A DNA stretch of 64,000 nucleotides from Chiloscyllium plagiosum (lineage: Eukaryota): NCBI RefSeq assembly GCF_004010195.1, contig NC_057716.1, forward strand, positions 10,846,064 through 10,910,063. The letters are read 5' to 3'. The position numbers were made by a program, and so were the translations under genes. Under the pieces are notes generated by a model, which was given only the letters and a program-made list of their open reading frames with translations, was not told the origin of the DNA and ran no database searches. Of the stretch, positions 1 through 11,722 are shown piece by piece. Position 1 is the stretch's first letter, and each line of letters opens with the position of its first letter.

Positions 1-370
1 GGTATCTGAATATTGATTTGATATTCCGCTGATTATTCACATTTAATGGGAAGACAGTGAAAGGACTCAACCCTTTGAATCTCTTCAAACATTTCATGAG
101 ATCTTGGCTGATCTGTCACCTAAATCCCCGTGTGGTGTGTAGTGAGTTACTCTTGGCTGCACTACTTAGGAGTGAAGTAAAAGAAAGTCTGGGGCCCTTG
201 TCCATGCAGTATTTTGTGGCAAGTTGCTCAAAATGTCATGTTATCTCTATCAATCAAACGTTTGAAGACTGGAATCATTCAAGTCAGATTTCAAACAGGT
301 TTCCAAATCTTGATTAATTTAAATATTCAGGCAAACTATTTCTTTATTTTAAGGATCATTTTACTCGGGG

Positions 371-567
371 CTTGCTCAGAGATTGTGGTGCTGGAAAAGC
401 AGAGCAGACCACGCATAATCCAAGGAGCAGGAGAAGGGCTTATGCCCGAAAGTTCAATTCTCCTGCTCCTTGGATGCTGCCTGACCTGCTGTGCTTTTCC
501 AGCACCACACTCTCGGCTCTGATCTCCAGCATCTGCAGTCCTTACTTTCTCCTTGCTCAGAGATTGT
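371..567. mobile_element. fold-back mini-Penelope insertion with 16-bp TSD
   Basis: cttgctcagagattgt at 371-386 and 552-567 flanks inverted arms (ggtgctggaaaagc / gcttttccagcacc) and a partial hammerhead stem II gggcttatgcccgaaa. Confidence 0.75.
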
Positions 568-910
568 TTTGACTGGTCCCTGTGTTTTCTATGGAGGATG
601 AATGGAAATCTGCCCATTCCCCGATCAGTGTATCCAGCAGTTCCATTGATTTCTCGCAAAAGTTACAGCAATAAATCAGGTCAGTCCTGAGGAATTGTTA
701 TTGTGAATGATATGGCATTGACAAACAATTAAAACTTACAACTTTCGAATTTGGATGAATGATGAAGAATTTGATGAAGGGAAAGTGGGAATGCAAAACA
801 ATTGGAATAGCTTTGATTCAATCCATAAAGGAAAAAGAAACCAACAATTACAAGCATAAATTGATTGACCTGTTCATTTTGTCTGTAAAGACAATGACTT
901 TATGACTCAC

Positions 911-1252
911 ATGTGGGTAGGAGCGACATGACCTGACACAGTCATTGAATCCCATCCAGCGCTGGTAGTCAGGATACTCTCCCCTGGTCAGAACATACTG
1001 GTATCCCATGTAATTGGGTTTCTCATACAGCACCCACCAGTCACTCTCAACACGGATGGAGTTACAGTGGTTGAAGTAAGGGGACAGGTCGGCACAGTCA
1101 CTGCTACACTCATAGTGCTGCCCCTGGAAGTTCCTGTCCTCGTAAAAGATGATCTGTGGAAAGAGATAGATTTGTGTTATAATCTTGTCAAGCTAGGAGG
1201 TATATAATGAACAATTCCAAACAAATTCTTAAATCTCTCTTGCCTTTCCCAT
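911..1252 (-). CDS. gamma-crystallin gene 1, exons 1-2 (exon 3 presumably beyond left edge)
   Basis: Exon 1 1252-1244 (ATG GGA AAG = MGK) with GC donor; intron 90 nt. Exon 2 1153-911 (243 nt, CAG acceptor, GTGAG donor) = [81 protein letters not shown], two Greek-key motifs. TATAAATA at 1317-1310. No exon 3 in 1-910. Confidence 0.9.
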
Positions 1253-2189
1253 TTTGAGCTCTGTTTGCTGAGTAACTGAGCGAATGTGTCACTGCTACAC
1301 ACAGCTTAGTATTTATAGGCTGGACAAAAATATCCCCTAGGCAAGACTTGTTATTTTAATGATTACAACAGAACAAAAGCCACAAAACTCATGACATATG
1401 CACTTACTGTTTGAAAAAATATTTTAAGGCATTTGTATGTCACCGGTTGCATTCTGCCTCCATATGATTTTAATTGTGTGAAGAAGATAACAATGGGTTA
1501 CATTCCCAATGCTATATCTGCATAGAAACTCTCGAACAGTTCCCATTACCTAATTGCCCAGCTCAATTTCCAAAAGGTCAGTGTCATGACTAAAGCTGAC
1601 TCCAAATTTGGTTAAGGTGTGGATGCACATTTCTGGAAGTGATTGCTTTACAAAGTGATATATGCAATTGCTGATTTATAACTCACAGTACATTTAGTTT
1701 TCTAATTGTGCTCCATAGACCTTAAGCATTTATCATTGAGTATGATTGCATGGTGAAATTATAATGCAATGTTGAGGAGTGATGTTTGTTAAAACTGATT
1801 ACAGTCCATACCCATTTTCATGTATTAATGAGTGTCCTATTGTTATATATTATCTTTCATTTAGTTCTAAATTTCAGTTTTGCTGAAACCATATGGGTGC
1901 AGTAAGCAGAGGGGAAGGGGAGATGGACTCTTTTGTGGTTATGAAAAGAAAATCAAGGAGAAAAGATACATGAATGAATGAGTGAATGAATGATTTTATT
2001 GTCACATGTTTTATAGTGAGAAAACAGTAAAACACAGTGAAAAGCTTTTCCACTGTTACCACGATCTGGCACCATTTTGAATTGTTTAATCATTGAAACC
2101 TCTGGTGTGGATCATGATCATTCATCTCTTTGTGCCTGCTCAGGTTTTTGAAAGAATTATCCAGTCCAGCACGATCCTGTATAATTAAT

Positions 2190-2520
2190 CCAAATTACTG
2201 TGGTGCTGGAAATTTGAAGCAAACACAGAAAATGCTGGATAAACTCAAAGTTCTGTAGAGTTCAACACAGTGATAATGTTTTTAGTTGAATCTGACTCTT
2301 CTTCAGAACAGAATGGCTTTGGGATATTTTGAAAAGACACTTTGACAGTAGCGGAGAAGGGATGAAGGGAAAAATGGTGTGCGGGCCTGATACAAAAAAT
2401 AATGGGTTTGCTAACGGGTGGTGAAAGAGAAAAGGAGGAGTGAAATCCAACTTCATTAAGGTGCTAAAGGGAGGGAATGGGTCCTCCCTATTGAGGGGAA
2501 AGTAGGCAAGACATAATGTT
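2190..2520 (-). mobile_element. old Penelope-like terminal fragment
   Basis: gctggaaat...cagaaaatgctggataaactca terminal motif, decayed hammerhead (tcttcttcag) and purine-rich tail. Confidence 0.45.
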
Positions 2521-3974
2521 TGTTCTTCATTTTCTTACATTCTCCACTTTCTGCTCCCTCCTCCCCACTTTCCCTCCCACCCCCACCCCCATATAAACCT
2601 GTCTTGTTTGTGTCTTGGTAACATTACATCGAGTAGAAAGGGCCCAGACTCTCCCTTTTTGGACTCCTCCTCAGTCCTAAATGGCCAGCCTGGTATCCTC
2701 AGACTGGTTCTGGATTTCCTGATCATCGGGTGTCTTCTGTCAATTCCTGTTAGAATTTTGTGGGATTCTCCAAGCTCCCCCTATAATTGTGCTAAACTCC
2801 AGTGTACATAGTCCTAACCAATCCAGTCTCCCTTCATACATCAGTCCTGCTGTCACAGGAGTCAGTCTGATAAACCTTTGATGCTCTCCCTCCATAGTCA
2901 GGACATCCCCAGTTATTCAATACTCCCATACTCATTGCAAGGGTCTTTTCCTATCTGCCTTAGACTGAATATTCTAAACAGTGCAGTTAAATCCATTAGG
3001 CCTATATACTTAAAACTTTGTGTTTTATATATAACCTGTGGCTACAAATATGGGTCTTAACTGATGTGGGTCAGACGCCCATCCCATTATCAATATCAGA
3101 CTTTGAACCAGTTGAGTAATGAGGTTTGTATCAGCATTTCTCAAGGATGTTCCTTTATCAAACTGTCTCCATATAAGCAGCAGTTGCATTTTCACTTCTT
3201 ATTCAACAGGACCCGTCTGTATGCATTTCACAAGACCTTTTGTGTTATATTGTAGTCTCATAACCTTGGATATAGTCCTTCTATGAAAGCATCTAATTAC
3301 TCCAGCTTAAAGTTTGACTTGAAACAGCCAACTGTGCAAGCTGCTGTTTCAGCTAACAATCTTCCTCAACTATTTCATGTCAACTGTGAACCACTTTCAG
3401 CCATCTGGTGCTGCCTCAGCCATGGACAGCCCGATCAGATATATTGCAGGAAGATAAGGAAAAGGAGAAATCTAAACTCACTGAGCTGTACGAGCAGAAA
3501 GCCGGCATGGTTACCATGGGCTGAATGTCCTCCTTAGGTTCTGTAACTATTCAATAATTTTTTATGATCTGCTACTAAAACCCTTCCGCCTTGTTATCCC
3601 CTGGACTTGGCTATCACAATATGATCCTGGCTGGCTTCCCACTTTGCACCAGCTGGATATCTGAGATCAGCCAAAAATCTGGGTTTCTCCAGCACTTGCT
3701 ATATACTTTTCAGATCTCAAACATCTTCGATACTTTTATTTTATCAAAATTTTCACACTTCTTTTCAAATTCCTCAAAAGCCTCACACTTCTATATCTCT
3801 GTAATCTTGCCTTGCCCAACTACCTCCTAAATATCTCTACTCAGTCAGTTCTGGTCTCTTGAATATTCCAGGTTGTGATCATTCTATAAATGGCAGCCAT
3901 GCCATCAAGCACAAAGGCCTACGTCTGAAATTTGCTCTCAAAAGTTCGTTCAGATCTCTTCATTTAAGCTACTT

Positions 3975-6040
3975 AGAGTCATAGAAATGTACAGCATGGA
4001 AACAGACCCTTCGGTCCAACCTGTCCATGCCGACCCAATCTAGTCCCACCTGCCAGCACTCAGCCCATACCCCTCCAAACCCGTCCTATTCATATACCCA
4101 TCCAAATGCCTCTTAAATGTTGCAATTCTACCAGCCTCCACCACATCTTCTGGCAGCTTATTCCATACACATACCACCCTCTACGTGAAAAAGTTGCCTT
4201 TTATATTTTTCCTCTTTCACCTTAAACCTATGCCCTCTAGTTCTGGACTCCCCGACCCCAGGGGGAAAAGACCTTGCCTATTTATCCTATCCATGCCCCT
4301 CATAATTTTGTAAATCTCTATACGGTCACCCCTCAGACTCCGACGCTCCAAGGAAAACAGCCCCAGCCTGTTCAGCCTCTCCCCTGTCGCTCAGATCCTC
4401 CAACCCTGGCAACATCCTTGTAAATCTTTTCTGAACCCTTTCAAGTTTCACAACATCTTTCTGATAGGAAGGAGACCAGAAATGCATGCAATATTCTAAC
4501 AGTGGTCTAACCAATGTCCTGTACAGCCACAACATGACCTCCCAACTCTTGTACTCAATACTCTGACCAATAAAGGAAAAATACCAAACGCCTTCTTCAT
4601 TATCCTAACGACTCTACTTTCAAGGAGCCATGAACCTGCACTCCAAGGTCTCTTTGTTCAGCAACACTCCCTAGGACCTTACCATTAAGTGTATAAGTCC
4701 TGCTGAGATTTGCTTTCCCAAAATCCAGCACCTCGCATTTATCTGAATTAAACTCCATCTGCCACTTCTCAACCCATTGGTCCATCTGGTCCAGATCCTG
4801 TTGTAAGCTGAGGTAACCCTCTTTGCTGGCCACTACACTTCCAATGTTGGTGTCATCTGCAAACTTACTAACTGTACCTCTTATGCTCGCATCTAAATAA
4901 TTTATGTAAATGACAAAAAGTAGAGGGCCCAGCACCGATCCTTGTGGCACTCCACTGGTCACAGGCCTCCAGTCTGAAAAACAACCCTCCACCACCACCC
5001 TCTGTCTTCTGCCTTTGAGCCAATTCTGTATCCAAATGACTGGTTCTCCCTGTATTCCATGAAATCTAACCTTGCTAATCAGTATGCCATGGGGAACCTT
5101 GTCAAATGCCTTACTGAAGTCCATCTAGATCGCATCTACTGCTCTGCCCTCATCAATCATCTTTGTTACTTCTTCAAAAAACTCAATCAAGTTTGTGAGA
5201 CATGATTTCCCATGCACAAAGCCATGTTGACTATCCCAAATCAGTCCTTGCCTTTCCAAATACATGTACATCCTGTCCCTCAGGATTCCCTCCAACAACT
5301 TGCCCACCACTGAGGTCAGGCTCACCGGCCTATAGTTCCCTGGCTTGTCTTTACCACCTCTCTTAAACAGTGGCGCCACATTTGCCAATCTCCAGTCTTC
5401 CTGCACCTCACCTGTCACTATCGATGATACAAATATCTCAGCAAGAGGCCCAGCAATCACTTCTCTAGCTTCCCACAGAGTTCTCGGGTACACCTGATCG
5501 GGTCCTAGAGATTTATTCACTTTTAACCATTTCAAGACCTCCAGCACTTCCTCCTCTGTAATCTGGACATTTTGCAAGATGTCACCATCTATTTCCCTAC
5601 ATTCCATATCTTCCATATCCTTTTTCGCAGTGAATACTGATGCAAAATATTCATTTAGTGTCTCCCCCATTTTCTGTGGCTCCACACAAAGGCTGCCTTG
5701 CTGGTCTTTGTGGTGCCCTATTCTCTCCCTAGTTACCCTTTTGTCATTAATATATTTGTAAAAACCTTTTGGATTCTCCTTAATTCTATCTCATGTCCCT
5801 GTTCCCTCTTAAGTATACTCCTACTTTATTTATACTCTAAGGATTCACTCGATCTATCCTGTTTATACCTGACATATGCTTCCTTCTTTTTCTTAACCAA
5901 ACCCTCAATTTCTTTAGTCATCCAGCATTCCCTATACCTACCAGCCTTCCCTTTCACCCTGACAGGAATATACTTTCTCTGGATTCTTGTTATCTCATTT
6001 CTGAAGGCTTCCCATTTTCCAGCCATCCCTTTACCTGTGA
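3975..6040 (-). mobile_element. CR1 LINE, degraded ORF2 RT region plus 3' UTR
   Basis: ORFs 4326-5685: GNYRPVSLTS, QHGF, DFSKAFDKVPH, GVPQGSVLGPLLF, FADDT; ends in the CR1 (ctatgact) tail. Confidence 0.95.
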
Positions 6041-6562
6041 ACTTCCTAAAATTGACACCTTTGAACATCTTTGTGGTCATATGTCCCAAAAACTTTTTAT
6101 ATGATTCAGTGGTCAATATGTTTAAAAACACTTACAAGAGATCTTTGGATATTTTCCTTAACTGCAGACCCTACAATATGTTGTTATGGCTGCCCACAGG
6201 AGAAATTTTCTAAAGCCTCATATAATTTTGCTTGAAATGTGCACCTTTGTTTCACATTTCCTGGGAAAAGTGGAAGGTTAAAGAATTAATTACCTTGGTA
6301 CATTTGCTCCTCATTCGTAGTGAAATATAATTTCAGTGTTTGCTTTTTATTGAAGTCACCAATCAAATTGTTATTGTCATATTGGTTCACTTGGTATGGC
6401 TTAAAGATCTTTAGATGCACCAGAATCCAACTGCAGAGGTGAACTAAAGGCCTCTGAACCAAAGGGAGGCCAAACCCAGAGCTTTGTTATAAATTCCTGC
6501 ACAGTGTCTGCCAAGTCCTTCTCAGGCATTGTGCAGCAGGGAATGGAAGAACCAGAATGTAG

Positions 6563-7247
6563 TGTTATGAAGGTGTGGGTGTACTGTACCTTTAAGAGAC
6601 AGCACCAAGTGTTCTGAACAAGAAGCAATGTAACATTTGGTCGAACTGCTAGATTAGCTGGGTTGCCTGGAGACGACAAAACAATTCCAAATTTGACCAG
6701 TCATTTTAAGTTATACCCCCCCAAAAAAACAAACTCCAATCAAGTTTGAATTGAGTATATTGACAATCCAAAAAGCCAAAGACACAATCCAATGCTTTGG
6801 GATATAAGACAGGGAAAAATTGAACAGTTCGGGGAGAACTGCCAAAAGACCAACAGATGTAGGCTGCTGGTAAGAACTCTATGAGAGGTACCTGTCTACA
6901 GAAGGAGTTTGCACTGAGAAAAAATCATCAACACCGACCTAGAGAGTAAATCTACAGAGTAAGATAGGACAGATGGCTGGCTTTGAAATTCAAATTCTTT
7001 GGTAAAACTTACTCGATGGTTTTATCGGACTAGTGTTATCGAAGGGAAAATAAAAGATAGGTGAGAGGATGGAGTTTTAAATTGTTGTTAGTTAATTATT
7101 CATTGTTATACTTTAAGAAATAAAGTTGTTCATTTTTACTTTAATTAGTTCTTGGCCTCTTGAATTTTCCCAGATGACTGCATGGGATAATTTTTTTCTG
7201 TGTTGCTGGCTTAAATTAAGCAGGAGGGTTTAACCCATGTCATAACA
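6563..7247 (+). mobile_element. solo LTR, 685 bp
   Basis: Perfect 8-bp inverted termini TGTTATGA...TCATAACA, 4-bp near-TSD gtag/atag, internal TATAA (~6802) and AATAAA (~7118). Confidence 0.75.
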
Positions 7248-7259
7248 ATAGCATGTTCC

Positions 7260-7665
7260 ATTTTTATTTATTTATTCAATTTGTGAGATGTGGGCATCCC
7301 TGGCTGGCCAGCATTTATTGCCTGTCTCTAGTTGCCCTTGAGGAGGTGGTGATGAGCTGCCTTCTTGAATCACTGCAATCCACCTACTGTGGATTCAACC
7401 ACGATGCCAATCGAGAGGAAATTCCAGGCTTTTGACCCACTGCAAACAAAGGAATGGGGATATATTTCCAAGTCAGGATGATGGGTGGCTTGGAGGGGAA
7501 CTTTCAGGTGGTGGTATTCCCATCTATCTGCTACCCTTATCTATCTGATGGAAGTGGTAATGGGTTTAGAAGATGCTGTTGAAGAATCTTTGAGGAATTG
7601 CTGTACTGTGTCTTGTAGATAGTACGCACTGCTGTTACTCAGCATCAATGGTGGAGGGAATGCAG
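7260..7665 (-). mobile_element. non-LTR retroelement 3' end (dispersed family)
   Basis: gctggccagcatttattgcc...gcccttgag motif; related pieces at 19040-19270, 44770-45090 (opposite strand) and 49640-49990. Confidence 0.55.
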
Positions 7666-8097
7666 GTACACATAAATTTATAGCGTAAACATTGGAAGTT
7701 GTTAGATCCCATAACCTGCAAAATGCCTCAAGCCTCAAGAAAGTTGGAAATAATCATTGAGGCGGGTTCAGCTTGGATCATGAACAGTTCCTGCTTATTG
7801 ACTGCAGAAACTCCCAAAAACATCAACAGGCGATGGTACTGGTGGGCCATTCACAATGCTTCCTACTTGACCCTGGCATCTTCTCCTTTTTCAATTACTG
7901 ACTTTAATGATGATCATGTCACTGCAATCACTGAGGTAAAGTATTCTCCATGAAACCACCAGATACCAGCACTATTCTGAACTATTTTAATGAGGAGCCA
8001 AGAATGAATGAATTGAAAAGAAGACAGGGTCATAAAGCATATTTTATTATGTTGACAAATAATTCAACAAAATAAAGTAATGCATTATAGTTGCAGA

Positions 8098-9424
8098 CTA
8101 AAAGTCCTTCATTCGCCTGAAAGATCCGATAGTTGAGCTGTAGCCTCCCCAGTCACTGTATCTCCTGCATTCACTGGGTCTCATGAAGTACTGTTGCCCT
8201 TTGTAGTTGGGGTGTTCATAGAAGATCCAGTAACCGTCCATCACGTGACAGGAGTGGATGTCACGGTAACGGAAACGGTCGTAGACAGATGGACAGTCAT
8301 CCATGAATTCCATCATCTGTCCTCCAAAGTCAGGCCTCTCATAAATTTTCATTCTGTAGGAATCTCCTCGGTACTGCAATAGAAAGACATGAAAGATTTG
8401 TGGTGCAGCTACAAATATATCTACAATCGGTGCATATGTGACTGGTGATATTTCATGCATACAAACAGAAGCATATTGTTAGCAGTAGACACTTTAATGT
8501 ACTTCTGGTTGTTCTTGTGGGAAGACCTCTTTTTCAAGTGCCAGCAGCTTTCTCTTTTATGTAAACTTTTCAATATTTACAGCTAAATGAATGGGATGAA
8601 TATAAACATCTCCATCGACAAGTTTTATGACTCAGGTTTTATCCAATTTGGCCTTGTTACCTTCTGCTATGTCAATATGTCAATTTAGCTTTCAGTTCGG
8701 AATATCAGATTTATTATTTGTAAATGTTTCAATTATATCCCAGATGATCATCAGCTTTGCAACAGTACATCAGTATATGATGGACTACTAACTTCCCAGC
8801 TTGCACAAGTGTTGACTGAAGAACTACCTATATAACAAGTATAGTGACAAGGTTTTGGCAGTGACAGAAACACAAATTAGTGAATTGGTAAATCAAACTG
8901 GTTGTGTCACAGTCCACTACATATTACTATCATTGATGAAAATTAAAATCAATCCTGTGAAAATAAAGATCTCCTTTACATCTCATTCAGACAAACCCAA
9001 ATGTGGAGTGCATTAATCATTATCTCAGTGTCAGTTTGATCAGAAAATACAAACCACCAGAAATAACTTACGTATGGGTAAGTGCGACATGACCAAATGT
9101 TGTCATTGAATCCCATCCAGCGCTGGTAGTCAGGATACTCCCCCCTGGTCAGAACATACTGGTATCCCATGTAATTGGGTTTCTCATACAGCACCCACCA
9201 GTCACTGTCAACACGGATGGAGTTACAGCGGCTGAAGTAAGGGGACAGGTCGGCACAGTCACTGCTGCACTCATAGTGCCGTCCCTGGAAGTTCCTGTCC
9301 TCGTAAAAGATGATCTGTGAGGAAAGAAACAGGTTTGTAAATTCATGATTTCTCAAACTTTTCTATTCCTAATGGAAAATTTTAATACAACATGTGAACT
9401 CAAGATAATCCTTGCCTTTCCCAT
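8098..9424 (-). CDS. gamma-crystallin gene 2, complete 3-exon gene, 175 aa
   Basis: Exon 1 9424-9416 (MGK, GC donor), exon 2 9314-9072 (243 nt), exon 3 8373-8098 (276 nt incl. TAG); introns 101 and 698 nt, phase 0. TATAAATA 9487-9480; AATAAA 8048-8043. Carries PGEY->PSEC in motif 4. Confidence 0.92.
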
Positions 9425-9479
9425 TATGGGTTCAGAGTTGGCTTCGTAACCGAATGTATTACTGCTTCACAGAGCTTGA

Positions 9480-9526
9480 TATTTATACACTGCGCTGAAA
9501 TGCCACACTGTGCATTTTCTTTAGTT
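9480..9526 (-). promoter_or_regulatory. proximal promoter of gene 2 (MARE-like plus TATA)
   Basis: TGCACAGTGTGGCA 9514-9501, TATAAATA 9487-9480; the Sox-like site is altered to AACTAAAG. Confidence 0.55.
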
Positions 9527-10589
9527 ATTCAAACCATTTCAATGAGTTGAAACCACTACAAATGCTGCATCACACATGACTTATACAGTAAATGCAAAGA
9601 AAACATTCAAAAGGCGCTTTAGTATTGTTTTTCAGTGTTTTGCTTCCATTTCAATTTAATTCTTACATTAAAGAAGACAACAATACACTGGAGGCCATTG
9701 TGACCCTATTCTATGCTTCCACTGCAATTCTCAGTGTCATTGCATGTTCAAAAGGATATGTTCCCAATAGTTCAATATAATTGAATAGGTCCACTCTCAA
9801 ACTGGTTAACACATAGGCATGCATGTCTGGAGCAGGTTACTTAAATTATTACTCTGTAAATAAGTTTGTTTTGATGTGTAACTGTTAATGTATTTTCATT
9901 CCAAATTAATCATCTACTTGAGAACTGAACTAATTATATATGGTATTTTATCAACATATTATTGTACACTTTTGGTTCCATACACTAATGTACATCCTTT
10001 TGTTACCTATTATTTTCTCCTTTGCTCTTAATTACACATTAGTTGAAGGGAGATTTGAATAAAAAACAAAACAACAAAAAGGCAATGATAGTTTGATGGA
10101 AGAAAAATTCAGAATGTACATATATGGGGACAACAGATTGGATTATTTACTGCTTACAAAAAGAAAAGAGTGAAGAAAAAGCTTTGGAGTATCTTAATTA
10201 AAGAAGTACAGATCAACTAAAATCTGGTACATTATTGCCATGATCACAAATTTGGTTACCAGAACTGACATCTTTAGCTCAAAAGGTAAACATAAAATCA
10301 TTGAATCTGGCAGCACAGAATGTGGCCATTCATCCCATTATAACTATGCTATGCTTTTAAAGAGAACTACAAGTAGTTATATTCATCTGCTCTTTTCACA
10401 CAGCCCTGTAATTTCCTTACCTTTTCATGTGCGATCAAAGGTCCCCCTGCTCCCACATCTGTATTAGAGTTTATATTTTTCTTTAAAGTTGGGACCTATT
10501 ACAGAAAGTTCATAGATAATCTGGCCTGCATTCTGGCATCCTGCATCAACTCTTGAAAAAGGGTCAGCGTTGGAAATGTTTGCATTGCC

Positions 10590-11722
10590 AAGCAAAACAG
10601 GGTGCCATCATTTAAGAAAGGTGGTAAGGAAAGGCCAGTGAAATATAGACCAGTGAGCTTGAGATCGATGGTAGGTAAGTTGATGGCAAGGATTCCGAGG
10701 GACAGGATTTGCATGTATTTAGAAAGGCAAGGATGGATCAAGATAGTTAACACTTCTTTGTGTGTGGGAAATTGTGACTCACTAACTTGATTGAGTTTTT
10801 TGAAGAAGTGACAAAGAAGATTGTTGAAGACTGAGCAGTGGGCAGGTGGTATTCAGGAGGTGGGGAGGCTGCAGACAGCTTCGGACAAGGTTAGGAGAGT
10901 GGATAATCAAGTGGCAGATGGAGTACAACGTGGGAAAATGTGAGGTCACGCACTTTGGTCGGAAGAATTGAGGCAGGAATTATTTTCTAAATGAGGAGAA
11001 AATTCAGAAGTCTTAAGTGCAAAGAGGCTTGGGAGTTCTAGTCCAGGATTCTCTCAAGATAAAATTGCAGGTTGAGTAATTAGTTAGGAAAGCAAATGCA
11101 ATGATGGCATTTATTTTGAGAGGACTTGAATATAAAAGCAGAGATATACTTCTGAACATCTACAAGGCTCTGCTCAGACCGCATTTGGACGATTGTGCTC
11201 AGTTTTGGATCCCATACCTCAGGAAGCATGTATGGTCCTGGAGCGTGTTCAGAGGAGGTTCACGAAAGTGGTCCAGGAATGAAACGCTTAACATATGAGG
11301 AATGTTTGAGGACTGTAGATCTATACTTGAGGAAGTTTAAAAGGATAAGGGGGGATCTAATTGAAACTTACAGAATACTGAATGGCCTGGACAGAGTAGA
11401 TGTTGGGAAGATGTTTCCATTGGTGTGAGAGACTAGGAGCCAAGGGCATAGCCTTAGAGGAAAGGGAAGGCCTTATAGAACAGAGATAAGGAGAAATTTC
11501 TTCGGCCAGACAGTGGTAAATCTATGGAATTCATTGCTGCAGAAGGCTGTGGAGGCCAGGTCATTGGGTATATTTAAGACTGAGATAGATAGATTTTGAG
11601 TATCAAGGGAATCAAGTGTTATGGGGAGAAAGCTTGAGAATGGGTTGAGAAACTTATCAGCCATGATTGAATGGCAAAGCAGACTCAATGGGCTGAATGA
11701 CCTAATTTCTGCTCCCATGTCT
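10590..11722 (+). mobile_element. CR1 LINE fragments (mosaic)
   Basis: KYRPVSLRS, LEYKSRDILL..RPHL..C..FW, RGDLIETYRIL motifs plus 3' UTR. Confidence 0.9.

Noticed and set aside
4326-5685. Active reverse transcriptase gene
   Set aside because: Broken by stops and frameshifts and 5'-truncated; same for all other CR1, Gypsy and Penelope ORFs.
8098-8460. ORF-track N-terminal extensions of crystallin exons (also 8976-9356, 31697-32059, 32581-32955, 41958-42380)
   Set aside because: Intron read-through; true boundaries are set by the AG/GT sites and conserved 243/276-nt exon lengths.
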